Part shown: positions 10,078 through 20,318 of the stretch, piece after piece | Layout: every line of letters starts with the position of its first letter | Position numbering within the stretch: the stretch's first letter is position 1 | DNA from: Bacteroidetes/Chlorobi group bacterium MS-B_bin-24 | GTDB lineage: Bacteria; Bacteroidota; Ignavibacteria; Kapaibacteriales; UBA2268 | Assembly (NCBI GenBank): GCA_003731685.1 | Contig: RCNO01000001.1 | Span: forward strand, 53,342-117,341 | DNA: 64,000 bases | Direction of reading: 5' to 3' | Made by a program: the position numbers and the translations under genes | Notes under the pieces: generated by a model | The model's input: the letters and a program-made list of their open reading frames with translations, nothing else | What the model was told of the DNA's origin: nothing | Databases searched by the model: none

Positions 10078-11049
10078 ATGGAAAACAAAACCAGCAAAGA
10101 AATTGTTATACCCTCGTATGAAGATATAATTGAGGCTCACAAAAGAATTGGGAACTATGTACATCGAACTCCCGTTTTGACTTCAAAAAATCTTAACGAA
10201 CTAGCCAAGTGTAGTTTGTTTTTTAAGTGCGAAAATTTTCAAAAGACAGGTTCATTTAAAGCTCGCGGAGCAATGAATGCTGTTCTTTCCCTTCCAAAAG
10301 ATAAATTAGCCAACGGGGTGGCAACGCATTCTTCGGGAAATCACGCACAAGCCCTTGCTTTCGCAGCTAAAATTGTCGGAACTAAAGCCACAATCGTGAT
10401 GCCACGCACAGCACCGAAGCCAAAAATTAATTCTGTTGCCTCGCTAAATGCTGAAATCATCTTCTGTGAGCCCACATTGAAATCGCGAGAAGAAACTCTT
10501 AGCGAAGTTGTCGAAAAAACTGGTGCTGTGGTTATTCATCCTTATGATAATCCTTTTGTCATCGCCGGACAGGGAACTTGTGCCAAAGAACTTTTCGAGG
10601 ATGGCTACAAACTCGATTTTATCCTCGCTCCCGTCGGTGGAGGTGGTTTGTTGAGCGGAACTTCGATAAGCACAAAATTTCTTTCAAAAAATACAAAAAT
10701 CTTTGGTGTTGAACCCGAAGGAGCCAACGACGCATATAAATCCTTCCGTGACAACAAGATTTACCCATCAGTAAATCCACAAACCATTGCCGACGGTCTT
10801 TTAACTTCTCTTTCGGAGCGAACTTTCAAGATAATAAAACATAACGTCGATGATATCATAACCGTGAGCGAGGAAATGATTTTGCAAGCAATGTTCCTAA
10901 TATTCGAGAGGCTGAAAATTGTTGTGGAACCTTCGGGAGCTGTCCCCTTCGCTGGGGTTTTACAGCATAACACAATTTTCGAAAAAAAGAAAGTCGGTAT
11001 TATTCTTTCTGGTGGCAATGTTGATTTAAGCAAGATGCCTTTTCATTAA
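10078..11049 (+). CDS. PLP-dependent threonine/serine dehydratase (catabolic IlvA/TdcB-like)
   Basis: 323 aa. PLP-lysine motif TGSFKARGA. Glycine loop GGGGL. Confidence 0.7.
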   Translation: MENKTSKEIVIPSYEDIIEAHKRIGNYVHRTPVLTSKNLNELAKCSLFFKCENFQKTGSFKARGAMNAVLSLPKDKLANGVATHSSGNHAQALAFAAKIVGTKATIVMPRTAPKPKINSVASLNAEIIFCEPTLKSREETLSEVVEKTGAVVIHPYDNPFVIAGQGTCAKELFEDGYKLDFILAPVGGGGLLSGTSISTKFLSKNTKIFGVEPEGANDAYKSFRDNKIYPSVNPQTIADGLLTSLSERTFKIIKHNVDDIITVSEEMILQAMFLIFERLKIVVEPSGAVPFAGVLQHNTIFEKKKVGIILSGGNVDLSKMPFH

Positions 11050-11071
11050 CAGAGGTAAATGGAATTACAAT

Positions 11072-12580
11072 CTAAAATGCAGGCAAATTATCGTCGTCGG
11101 ACAAATCATCATCGGAGGCATCCTCTTCCAAGTCTGCAATATAAGGTTCCTCAATATCTTGCTTTGGAACTACATCTTCGTCGACATAACGGAGCTCAGC
11201 ATTGTCGAACCGTAAAGTATCTTTAAGATATACAACTTTGAAGGAGCCTGTTGGTCCGTTCCTTTGCTTGCCTATAATGATTTCAGCGGTGCCATCGGTT
11301 GGCTCTTTCGTATCGGGCCAAACTTTGATATCATAGATTTCGGGACGATAAATAAACAAAACGACATCGGCATCTTGTTCAATACTACCCGACTCACGCA
11401 AATCGGCAAGCTGTGGCTTTTTATCCTTTCGAGTTTCCACAACTCTGTTCAATTGCGAAAGTGCCACAATTGGAATGTCGAGCTCTTTAGCAATTTGTTT
11501 CAAAGTTCTGGAAATTATCGAAATTTCGCGTTCACGGCTTTCGGCTTTCGGCGGGTCAATTAATTGTAAATAATCTATAAAAATCAAGCCAACCTTGTGT
11601 TCCGTTTTCAATCGCCGGGCTTTGGCACGAAGTTCGAGCAAATTTAAGTTTGGAGTATCATCAATAAAAAGCGGTGCCTTCAAAAGCGGGTCGGATTTGT
11701 TAATTATAATCTTTAAATCATTTTGGTTAATATTTCCAGTGCGAATTTTATGGCTATTAACCCCTGTCTGTGACGAAATAAGTCGAAAAGTCAATTGCTG
11801 AGCCGACATTTCGAGCGAGAAAAATGCCACGGGAATCTTGTAATCAACCGCAACATTTCTTGCAATCGAAAGGGCAAAGGCAGTCTTCCCTACCGAAGGC
11901 CTTGCAGCTATAATAATCAAATCGGACTTCTGGAATCCTCCGAGATAACGGTCCAACTCGATAAAACCAGTCGGAACCCCAGTTATTCCTTTCTTTGCGG
12001 ACTCAACAAACTGCGAGATAATGTCGATTGACTCATGAAGCAATTTGTTTATTGGAACAAAACTACGGACAAACCTTTTTTCTGCAACCTGAAAAATCAT
12101 TCGCTCAGCCAAATCGATTTCTTCCAACGCATCGACATTTTCATCGAAGCAATCCAAAAGTATTTTTCCAGAAGTAAAAAGAAGCTCCCTTTTAAAAAAC
12201 TTTTCCTGAACTATTCTGCAATAGTACTCAACATTTTCGGCAGTTGGAACCGAAGCAATCAAATTCGCCAAATACTCGTTTCCCCCAACTTTATCGAACC
12301 TACCCTGCCGTTTCAATTCCTCTGAAAGTGTCAGCAAATCAACCTGTATCCCTTTTTCAAACATCGACATAATCGTTTCGTAAATCATTTTGTTTCGTTC
12401 GACATAAAAACTTTCTTTCGTCAGCCATTCCGCAGCCTTCGTAATTGCCGAATTGTCGAGCAACATAGAGCCAAGAACAGCCATTTCCGATTCGGCGGAA
12501 TATGGGGGTATACGATTCCCGATTAAGGTTGTTATTAAAGTATCATTACCATTTTCAGAACTTCGGACTCTTTTTGCCAT
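11072..12580 (-). CDS. dnaB: replicative DNA helicase DnaB
   Basis: 502 aa. Walker A (ARPSVGKTAF), DnaB N-terminal domain, RecA-like core. Unusual acidic C-terminal tail. Confidence 0.9.
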   Translation of the reverse strand: MAKRVRSSENGNDTLITTLIGNRIPPYSAESEMAVLGSMLLDNSAITKAAEWLTKESFYVERNKMIYETIMSMFEKGIQVDLLTLSEELKRQGRFDKVGGNEYLANLIASVPTAENVEYYCRIVQEKFFKRELLFTSGKILLDCFDENVDALEEIDLAERMIFQVAEKRFVRSFVPINKLLHESIDIISQFVESAKKGITGVPTGFIELDRYLGGFQKSDLIIIAARPSVGKTAFALSIARNVAVDYKIPVAFFSLEMSAQQLTFRLISSQTGVNSHKIRTGNINQNDLKIIINKSDPLLKAPLFIDDTPNLNLLELRAKARRLKTEHKVGLIFIDYLQLIDPPKAESREREISIISRTLKQIAKELDIPIVALSQLNRVVETRKDKKPQLADLRESGSIEQDADVVLFIYRPEIYDIKVWPDTKEPTDGTAEIIIGKQRNGPTGSFKVVYLKDTLRFDNAELRYVDEDVVPKQDIEEPYIADLEEDASDDDLSDDDNLPAF

Positions 12581-12628
12581 ACTTACCTCAAATTTGGGGA
12601 AGCAAATTATAAAAAAAATTTAAAGCGA

Positions 12629-13771
12629 TTAAAAGAAAATGTCCCTCAATTCCAAAAACAATTTCATAAAGACATTTGGAATTTGGACATTTGCAGAAAC
12701 AAGATAATGGCTTTGTTCAACAACTTCAATTGCTTTTTCTATGGGCTTTTGTCCAAATATTTCTTTGAATTTTTCTAACCTCACAAGAGTATCGGAGTTG
12801 ATAATTAAATCATTAGGACCATTTTTCGAAATTAATAATGCATCGCGAAGCCACTGCTCCAGTAAGTCTAATGCTATGAAAGACTTCTTTTTATCAAACT
12901 TTTCAACAAGCTTATTAATCTTTTCTGTTACCTCTTTCCCCGGAAAATTTTTCTTTAAAGTTATACTAAGCAAATCAATCATTTCATCACGAATTTGCTT
13001 TATGTCTGAATCCAATAAATCTAATGCTCTTGTCATCGAACCATTGGCAAATTGGGCAATGATTTCGCTTTCTTCTGGGTTTTTGCCAAATTCATTTATT
13101 AGAACTTGTTTTATTTCTTCCTTTTGCAACGGAGGAAAAAACAACATCTGACATCGCGAAAGTATTGTCGGCAAAAGAGCTTCCTTGTGCGTGGTCAAAA
13201 GAATAAATGTTACATCCTTGCGAGGTTCTTCGAGCGTTTTAAGAAATGCATTTTGTGCTTCTACCCTCATCTCTTCGGCATTGAAAATTATCACGAACTT
13301 CCGCCCCGGAAGGGAATTCGAAAGTGCCAAGGTTTTCCGTAGTTCCCGAATCTGCGAAATCTTAATTTGCGTAGCCCCTTCGATTGCAAATTTCGTATAT
13401 GGATTATTAATCTTATTTTTCAACTTTTCATTTATCTCCTGAAATTGAGATTCGGGCAAACTTGCAAGAGTTCCCTTGCTTTCGGTTTCCCCAGATTTTC
13501 CCGCGGGTAAAGAAAACACATATTCTATGTTCATAAATTTCAAATTCGCAATATTTTGGCAGTTCAAGCAAGTTCCACACGAACTATAAAAGCCATCTTT
13601 CCAAAAAGGCTTCGAACAACTTAAAGTTCTAATAAATTCGATTGCAAAAGCAAATTTCCCAACTCCTTCCTCCCCATAGAAACAATAAGCATTTGCAATA
13701 GATTTTTCCTGCAAAACCCTTTGAAAATATTCTTTGATTTTGTTCTGGTTAATTAACTTTTCCCATCCCAT
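12629..13771 (-). CDS. holB: DNA polymerase III subunit delta' (HolB)
   Basis: 380 aa. AAA+ clamp-loader fold with a Zn-finger-like C-x2-C-x2-C (CGTCLNC). Adjacent to dnaB. Confidence 0.7.
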   Translation of the reverse strand: MGWEKLINQNKIKEYFQRVLQEKSIANAYCFYGEEGVGKFAFAIEFIRTLSCSKPFWKDGFYSSCGTCLNCQNIANLKFMNIEYVFSLPAGKSGETESKGTLASLPESQFQEINEKLKNKINNPYTKFAIEGATQIKISQIRELRKTLALSNSLPGRKFVIIFNAEEMRVEAQNAFLKTLEEPRKDVTFILLTTHKEALLPTILSRCQMLFFPPLQKEEIKQVLINEFGKNPEESEIIAQFANGSMTRALDLLDSDIKQIRDEMIDLLSITLKKNFPGKEVTEKINKLVEKFDKKKSFIALDLLEQWLRDALLISKNGPNDLIINSDTLVRLEKFKEIFGQKPIEKAIEVVEQSHYLVSANVQIPNVFMKLFLELRDIFF

Positions 13772-13869
13772 ATTTTATTTTCCTTTTCGTCTAAAACTTT
13801 TTAATTTTAACAAAATTTATAATTTTGTTGGTATAAATTTTGAAAAGTTAAACTTAATGGAATACAAAA

Positions 13870-16032
13870 ATGGCAAAAAATTCGTATATCGACCTTACCG
13901 ACCAGCTAATTAATCAAGCACTTGCCGATTCATTTGAAACAGATTTCTGTGTGCACAATCGGGGACCAGCCTGCTCCCGCGAACCAGTGTTCCTGAAAAA
14001 AGATATTCCACCCCATATTCAATTGGAATTGAACAAAGAATTCCTATTAAATGCATATCGTTTAATGCTTCAAGCAAGATTAACAGACGAAAAACATTTA
14101 AAACTACTCAAGCAAGGAAAATCCTTTTTCCACATTGGTGGAAGTGGACACGAAGCAGTTCAAGTTGCACTCGGGTTGACATTGCGACCCGGTAAAGATT
14201 GGTTCTGGTTGTACTATCGTGATGTTGCACTGGCATATACCATTGGCTTAACTCCATACGAATACTTCTTGATGGCATATGGAAAACCCACTGACCCAGC
14301 AAGTGGTGGAAGGCAAATGCCCGGTCATTATGGACATAAAAAATTCAATATGCCAACTTCTTCTTCTCCAACTGGAACACAATATTTAAATGCTGTTGGA
14401 ACTGCACTCGCCACAAAATTCGAAAAAGGGGACGAAGTAATCTATGTTGATTCCGGCGAGGGAGCTACCAGCGAAGGTGAATTCTACGAAGCCGTGAATT
14501 GGGCTTCTCGGGAAAAACTCCCTGTTATCTTTTGTGTTCAGGACAATAAATATGCCATATCAGTCCCTCGCGAACACCAATCTATGGGCGAAACTGTTGG
14601 ACACACATTTTGCTGTTATTCAAACTTAAAAATCAAAACATTCGATGGAACCGACTTTTTCGAATCAATCCTTGCCGCACGGGAAGCTTTGGATTATGCA
14701 AGTTCAGGGTGTGGTCCTGTTTTGCTTCATGCTTTGGTGGAAAGACTTCTTCCGCATTCTTCCAGTGATGACCATAGAAAATATCGTTCCCAAGAGGAAT
14801 TGGAAAAAGCAAAAGAGAAAGACCCAATCAAAAAATTTCAAAATTATTTGATTCAACATAATATTGCTTCTCATCAAGAACTTAACGAAATACTCGAAAA
14901 AGTTAACACTGAAATCGAAGAAGCCGCAGACCAAGCTTGGTTGCAACCAGACCCAATCCCCGAAGATGCGATTAAAAATGTTTTTGCACCTATCGAAACA
15001 CGAAATCTGCCCTACGCCGAAAAACTACCCGAAACAGGAGAGAAAATTGTAATGGTCGATGCAATCAATCACGCTTTGCACGAGGAAATGGAATATAACC
15101 CTAAAATGCTAATCTTCGGGGAAGATATCGCCGACCCCAAAGGCGGGGTTTTTACTGCAACCAAAGGACTTTCGACCCGCTTTGGTTCCGAAAGAGTCTT
15201 TAATTCGCCATTGGCGGAAGCTTCGATTGCAGGTGTTGCATTAGGACTTGCCGTTCGCGGTTTCAAACCTGTTGTTGAAATGCAATTCGGCGATTACATC
15301 TGGCCTGCATTTATGCAAATTAAGAACGAAATTGCAACAATGCGTTATCGCTCGAATGGCAATTTCTCTGCCCCAGTGGTAATTCGCGTTGCCGTGGGTG
15401 GTTACATACACGGGGGCTTATATCACTCTCAAAACATTGAATCAATTTTTGCTCACATCCCGGGACTTCTAATTGCATATCCTTCGACTGCTGCCGATGC
15501 AAAGGGCCTTTTGAAAACAGCCTGCCGATTGCAAGACCCAGTAATATTTTGTGAACATAAAGGCTTGTATCGACATCCATTTTCGACTTCATTAGAACCC
15601 AACAAAGATTTCCTATTACCATTCGGAAAAGGAAAGTTGGTTCAGGAAGGCAACAATTTAACCATCGTTACTTGGGGTATGAGTGTTAAAGATTCCGTCC
15701 AAGCTGCAAAACGAATTGCCAAAGAGAGACCAAATATTAGCATCGAAATAATTGACTTACGGACAATTATTCCTTGGGATGTAGAGTTGGTATTGTCCTC
15801 AGTTAAGAAAACCAATAGGGTTTTAGTTGTCCACGAAGATACGATAACAAATGGCTTCGGTGCCGAAATTGCTTCGACAATTGCACAGGAAGCGTTCAAC
15901 TATCTCGATGCTCCTGTTATGCGTCTTGCATCTTACGATTCTCATATCCCCTATCATCCAAACTATGAAAATTTTGTACTTGTTACCGAAGATAAAATCT
16001 ACAACGCAATTAATAAAATTTTAGATTATTAA
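13870..16032 (+). CDS. 2-oxoacid dehydrogenase E1 component, fused alpha/beta subunits (branched-chain type)
   Basis: 720 aa. N-terminal TPP-binding alpha region and C-terminal transketolase-like beta region in one ORF. Confidence 0.8.
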   Translation: MAKNSYIDLTDQLINQALADSFETDFCVHNRGPACSREPVFLKKDIPPHIQLELNKEFLLNAYRLMLQARLTDEKHLKLLKQGKSFFHIGGSGHEAVQVALGLTLRPGKDWFWLYYRDVALAYTIGLTPYEYFLMAYGKPTDPASGGRQMPGHYGHKKFNMPTSSSPTGTQYLNAVGTALATKFEKGDEVIYVDSGEGATSEGEFYEAVNWASREKLPVIFCVQDNKYAISVPREHQSMGETVGHTFCCYSNLKIKTFDGTDFFESILAAREALDYASSGCGPVLLHALVERLLPHSSSDDHRKYRSQEELEKAKEKDPIKKFQNYLIQHNIASHQELNEILEKVNTEIEEAADQAWLQPDPIPEDAIKNVFAPIETRNLPYAEKLPETGEKIVMVDAINHALHEEMEYNPKMLIFGEDIADPKGGVFTATKGLSTRFGSERVFNSPLAEASIAGVALGLAVRGFKPVVEMQFGDYIWPAFMQIKNEIATMRYRSNGNFSAPVVIRVAVGGYIHGGLYHSQNIESIFAHIPGLLIAYPSTAADAKGLLKTACRLQDPVIFCEHKGLYRHPFSTSLEPNKDFLLPFGKGKLVQEGNNLTIVTWGMSVKDSVQAAKRIAKERPNISIEIIDLRTIIPWDVELVLSSVKKTNRVLVVHEDTITNGFGAEIASTIAQEAFNYLDAPVMRLASYDSHIPYHPNYENFVLVTEDKIYNAINKILDY

Positions 16033-16121
16033 AATTTATGAAAAAAATTTGGTTTTGTTAATTTTTAATTTAATTTAGTATTTACTAAAATTTTTATTTG
16101 TTTAACATTTTGGAGTTAACA

Positions 16122-16508
16122 ATGCAAAAATATTTACTTCTCATCGGCAGAATTTTTCTTACGCTTATTTTCATTATGGCTGGGCTTGGAAAAGTAATGG
16201 ACTTCGCAGGTACTCAACAATATATGTCCGCTTATGGTATGCCATTAACAAGTTTCTTCTTAATAGTTGCTTTTTTAATTGAAATTTTAGGCTCGCTTTC
16301 CATTTTGCTTGGTTGGAAAGCAAAATGGGGTGCATTAGCATTAATTATCTTTTTGATTCCTACATCTCTTATTTTCCATACACATTTTTCCGACCAGGTC
16401 CAAATGATTATGTTCCTTAAAAATCTTGGATTACTTGGTGGTTTGCTTTACATTTATGTATTTGGACCGGGTGAAATAAGTTTCGCCGCCAAGAAGAAAG
16501 AAAGCTAA
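16122..16508 (+). CDS. DoxX family membrane protein
   Basis: About 128 aa with 4 TM helices and a DoxX-like profile. Track start 16098; ATG with RBS (GGAG) at 16122. Confidence 0.65.
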   Translation: MQKYLLLIGRIFLTLIFIMAGLGKVMDFAGTQQYMSAYGMPLTSFFLIVAFLIEILGSLSILLGWKAKWGALALIIFLIPTSLIFHTHFSDQVQMIMFLKNLGLLGGLLYIYVFGPGEISFAAKKKES

Positions 16509-16521
16509 TTAATATCTTTCT

Positions 16522-17655
16522 TTAAATTTTAAATCTAATCAAAACGATTTCGGCATCACTACCAATTTTCACCGGGGGTCCCCACGTTCCGACCCCGGAG
16601 GAAACGTAGATGTGCGTTTTCCCTTTCCTTTTATATCCCCAGCTTACCTCGTAAAGTAAATTCGTTATCAAGTTAAGCGGAAAAATTTGTCCATTATGAG
16701 TATGCCCCGAAAGTTGCAAGTCAAAATCAAAAATAGTAGCCTCATCAAGGTTAAAAGGCTGATGGTCAAGTAAAATTTTGGGTGCATTTTGTGGAATGTC
16801 TTTCAAAATCTCTGCAAGATTTTTCCTATTTCTTCGAGAAAATACTTTACTGCTTCTATCTTCGCGACCAACAATGTAGAAGGAATTATCTATCAAGACA
16901 GAAGTATCCCGCAAAAACTTGATATTGTAATTTCCCTCTATAAATCCGATTATCTTTTCGGCCCCATTGATGTATTCGTGATTGCCAGTAATTGCAAAAA
17001 TTCCGAATTTCGCACGGAGGTCCTTGAACTTTTCGGTCAAGCCATATTCTTCGAGTTTTTCGGGCTTTTCGTCGACAATGTCTCCACCAATAAGAACAAC
17101 ATCAGGCTCCAAACGGTTTACTTTATCTACAAGCGTTTCTAAAAACTTATGGTTATTGATAACGGAAATATGCAAATCAGAAAAGAAAAGTATCCTGTAT
17201 TCCTTGCCTCGATTGTTAACCTCAATATTTATTTCTTTAACTTTTATCGAAGAGCGATGTATATAGCCAAATATTCCCAAAACAAGGATAGATAAAAGAA
17301 CAAAAGCGAAGAGTAAAATTTTTGTCAACGCATAATTCTTAAATAATATCTCGGGAAGGAAATGAAATACTGCATTTAAAATCCTAACCGCATCGATTAG
17401 TAAAAGAAACAGAAAAACATAAAGTAAAACAAAAAACCAAAACGAACCAACCCAAGTTAAAATAAAATATATTGAACCGTGAAGTTTTGCAGAAAAGATT
17501 TTAGCCACAATATACGCAACGGAAGCGAAAACAATAGCAAAGGCAAACAAATATCGCCAGCTTTGGGTTATTTCCAGCGCCTGGCAGCAACGAACAAATA
17601 TATATGAATTAACCGCTGCGTAAACAAGAAAAAAAGCAACAAAAAAAGGATTCAT
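16522..17655 (-). CDS. membrane-anchored metallophosphoesterase (YkuE/calcineurin-like)
   Basis: N-terminal multi-TM region, then phosphoesterase motifs (GDIVD, GNHE, GHTH). Confidence 0.7.
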   Translation of the reverse strand: MNPFFVAFFLVYAAVNSYIFVRCCQALEITQSWRYLFAFAIVFASVAYIVAKIFSAKLHGSIYFILTWVGSFWFFVLLYVFLFLLLIDAVRILNAVFHFLPEILFKNYALTKILLFAFVLLSILVLGIFGYIHRSSIKVKEINIEVNNRGKEYRILFFSDLHISVINNHKFLETLVDKVNRLEPDVVLIGGDIVDEKPEKLEEYGLTEKFKDLRAKFGIFAITGNHEYINGAEKIIGFIEGNYNIKFLRDTSVLIDNSFYIVGREDRSSKVFSRRNRKNLAEILKDIPQNAPKILLDHQPFNLDEATIFDFDLQLSGHTHNGQIFPLNLITNLLYEVSWGYKRKGKTHIYVSSGVGTWGPPVKIGSDAEIVLIRFKI

Positions 17656-17703
17656 AAAAATTCAATCAAAATAAAGAAAGGGACGAGGAAAGCATAAAAA
17701 AAG

Positions 17704-17789
17704 TGCTCGGAGCGGGACTCGAACCCGCACGGGCACGAATGCCCACAGGATTTTAAGTCCTGTGCGTCTACCTATTCCGCCATCCGAGC
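17704..17789 (-). tRNA. tRNA-Leu (anticodon TAA)
   Basis: Reverse complement folds as a cloverleaf: acceptor GCTCGGA/TCCGAGC, anticodon loop CTTAAAA, long variable arm, T-loop GGTTCGAGTCC. Confidence 0.85.
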
Positions 17790-17900
17790 TTTTAGCATTG
17801 CAAAATTAATAAAATATTTTTTCAAAATTATCTTTTTTCTTAAAAATGAAAATGTTAATTTTGTATTTCTTAAGTTTAACTAATTGAAAAAGTAATTTTT

Positions 17901-18167
17901 ATGGCGCACCATAAGTCAGCACTAAAAAGAATTAGGCAAAACCGAAAGCGTCGATTGTATAATCGAAGGAACAAGCGGGCTGCAAAGGAAATAATTAAGG
18001 CAATCCGCCGAGCTACCTCGTACGAGGAAGCGAAAGAACTTTTGCAAAAAGCATATAAGGTTCTTGACAGAATTGCTGCACGCGGCGTAATTCACAAGAA
18101 CAATGCTGCGAATAAAAAATCTAAACTTGCTCGACTTGTAAATAGGATTAAACCTGTCGAGGCATAA
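17901..18167 (+). CDS. rpsT: 30S ribosomal protein S20
   Basis: 88 aa, basic. MAHHKSALKRIRQN... signature. Confidence 0.9.
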   Translation: MAHHKSALKRIRQNRKRRLYNRRNKRAAKEIIKAIRRATSYEEAKELLQKAYKVLDRIAARGVIHKNNAANKKSKLARLVNRIKPVEA

Positions 18168-18173
18168 ATGTGT

Positions 18174-18247
18174 GCACCCGTAGCTCAATTGGATAGAGCA
18201 TCTGACTTCGGATCAGAGGGTTGGGGGTTCGAGTCCCTCCGGGTGTG
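18174..18247 (+). tRNA. tRNA-Arg (anticodon TCG)
   Basis: Cloverleaf: D-loop AGCTCAATTGGATAGAGC, anticodon stem-loop TCTGA-CTTCGGA-TCAGA, T-arm GGGGGTTCGAGTCCCTC. The acceptor has G1-U72 if the 5' end is at 18174. Confidence 0.8.
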
Positions 18248-18329
18248 CTAATTCTACATTACCATTATCCAAAGTTTTGGTTTTTCTCACCAAGTTTAAT
18301 TAATTTTGCTTCCTTAATATTTTAACTTT

Positions 18330-19715
18330 ATGGCTAAAACTTATAATACGGCTTTTATTTTAACTTTTATAACCCAATTCTTTTTTGGCTATGCCCTTTT
18401 CTACATTTCTAATTATGGGGTTACTCTTCTCGATGTGAATGTTATTTTTTGTTTCATACTTTTTTGGATTTCAATCATTTTTTTAAGGAAACACCTCGAA
18501 ATAGCAGTCAACTATCCAAATGTTATATATCTTGCTTTTAACATTTTTATCTTGATCTCAATTATCAACCCACTTTTTAACGGTAAAGAGCAGGAGATTG
18601 TTCAAAATTTAAAATCTCTAACTCATTATTATTTTGTTTCCTCTTTTCTTCTTTTGATTTTTTTGGACTTCATCACACCAAAGACATACTACAAAATTGT
18701 CAATATTCTTATTTTGATTGTAATCATTCTTAATTTATACGGAATTTATCAACTTTTTGCTCGTGCTTTCGACTTGCCATTGGCTTGGGTAACATACACA
18801 AACCGAGGGCTTCTTTCCCGGTTCGAAGTAGTTGGCGAAGTCTATCAAGCTTCGACCGCATACGGAGCTTTCTATCGTGCCACTTCGATTTTCACTGAAC
18901 CGAGTGCACTGGCAAGCTGGAACGTTTACCTTTTCCTTTTCCTTGCCATTCCTTGGATTCAATACAGGCAGGGCTTTGTCAAAAGCAATAGGCTTCTGCT
19001 CTTTTTGGTAATAATTAATCTTATAACATTGTTTCTTACTTACTCACTCACTGGTTTGGCCGGTTTCGTCGCAATTTTAATCTTCATTACATTAATCGAA
19101 CGATACCAATCCTACAAGTTTCTATTTAGTATTGCAATTATTGCAATAATTACCATCTTTTTAACAAATCTTTTGCTTGCCGAAACTTTAAATATCGACT
19201 TACTGAAGTTATTCTCCTTTCGTGTAGAAAATGTGCTAACGCTCGGCAGGGACGAGATGGCGGGCGAGAGTTTTTCCGGTAGGTTAGCAAACGCTATTGC
19301 AACGATTAAAGTCTGGCAAACAAACCCATTCATTGGCGTTGGTCTGGGGCTGACTGGCTACCAAAAAGAATTCGTGGCTTTGTTCAGCGATTCTGCCGTC
19401 CTTTCGATTCTTGCAGAAGGGGGAATATTTAATTTTTTAATTTTTAATGCCTTGCTTTATTCATTATTCTTCTCTTCATTGAAACTTTACAAAAAACTTC
19501 GAGATGACCAAACTATCCCACTCGACGAAAGAAAACTTATTGGCATTGCCCCATACATCACGCTGTTTGAAATTATTAGATGTACTTTTACAGCAAACAT
19601 ACTAATTTACTTCGTTCTTTGGATGAATTTTTCCTTTGCATTTTTTGTTCTCAATTATTACAGAAAACATTTAGGTTATCACACACTTGTAATCTTGCCA
19701 ATGGCAACGAAATAA
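18330..19715 (+). CDS. O-antigen ligase/polymerase-like polytopic membrane protein (Wzy_C-type)
   Basis: 461 aa, at least 10 TM helices. Large periplasmic loop with a NPFIGVGLG motif as in the Wzy_C family. Confidence 0.45.
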   Translation: MAKTYNTAFILTFITQFFFGYALFYISNYGVTLLDVNVIFCFILFWISIIFLRKHLEIAVNYPNVIYLAFNIFILISIINPLFNGKEQEIVQNLKSLTHYYFVSSFLLLIFLDFITPKTYYKIVNILILIVIILNLYGIYQLFARAFDLPLAWVTYTNRGLLSRFEVVGEVYQASTAYGAFYRATSIFTEPSALASWNVYLFLFLAIPWIQYRQGFVKSNRLLLFLVIINLITLFLTYSLTGLAGFVAILIFITLIERYQSYKFLFSIAIIAIITIFLTNLLLAETLNIDLLKLFSFRVENVLTLGRDEMAGESFSGRLANAIATIKVWQTNPFIGVGLGLTGYQKEFVALFSDSAVLSILAEGGIFNFLIFNALLYSLFFSSLKLYKKLRDDQTIPLDERKLIGIAPYITLFEIIRCTFTANILIYFVLWMNFSFAFFVLNYYRKHLGYHTLVILPMATK

Positions 19716-19798
19716 ACAAACTACACTATCTTGCAATCCAAAGTCAATATTTTGTCAATTTTAAAGTTTTGATTAATTTGCTATTTTAAATTCAAAGG

Positions 19799-20077
19799 AT
19801 GGGAAAAGTTAAAGTAAAAATTTTAGGTAACGAGTATACTTTAAAAGGAGATAACGAAGCTTTGATGCGTCAGGCTTCGTTAGAGGTCGAAAATCAACTG
19901 ACAAAGATTATGGAAAAGTATAAAGATGAATCGTTGCAAACAATATTTACACTGACAGCAATAAATTTAGCCGAAAAACTCAAAGAATGCGAATTGCAAT
20001 CGAAAGCGGATACAGAATTTATTATTGATGAATTGAAAAAAATTACATTGTATCTTATTGAAAACATACATAGTTAG
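19799..20077 (+). CDS. zapA: cell division protein ZapA
   Basis: 92 aa. MGKVKVKILGNEYTLKGDNE... resembles the ZapA N-terminal domain plus a coiled-coil. Confidence 0.65.
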   Translation: MGKVKVKILGNEYTLKGDNEALMRQASLEVENQLTKIMEKYKDESLQTIFTLTAINLAEKLKECELQSKADTEFIIDELKKITLYLIENIHS

Positions 20078-20098
20078 CATAGTTCTTTGAAAAACTTT

Positions 20099-20318
20099 AG
20101 CCGCATTAGAGCCTTGCCCGATAATGAGCGAAAGAACCGTTAGTTGAAAAAAAAGGGAATCAGGCTCTGGCTATAAATTGCAGGCCTCAACCACCTTCGG
20201 GTGGTGGTACCTTCGGGTACCCGGTGGAAGCAAAATATAGTCAGGATGATACCCACTGTGTCGGTTTGGGTTCTTTCCGACTCAATCGACATAGACGGCA
20301 AGGCGATAATGCGGTTTT
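20099..20318 (+). ncRNA. ssrS: structured ncRNA, 6S RNA (SsrS) candidate
   Basis: The 5' CCGCATTAGAGCCTTGCC pairs with the 3' GGCAAGGCGATAATGCGG (8+8 bp with an internal 3-nt mismatch). Internal hairpins with CUUCGG loops (CCACC-ttcg-GGTGG, GGTACC-ttcg-GGTACC). Immediate 3' TTTT. Lies between zapA and rny (compare E. coli zapA-ssrS). Confidence 0.4.

Noticed and set aside
17704-18247. tRNA-Leu / rpsT / tRNA-Arg cluster as a possible integration hotspot
   Set aside because: No att-like duplicated tRNA 3' fragment and no integrase nearby. The downstream membrane protein gene shows no compositional discontinuity that I can see.
20099-20318. Alternative identities for the ncRNA (RNase P RNA, tmRNA, SRP RNA)
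   Set aside because: Too short for RNase P RNA and lacks its conserved GGAAAGTCCGG-type blocks. No tRNA-like ends or tag-peptide reading frame (tmRNA). No SRP domain IV motif.
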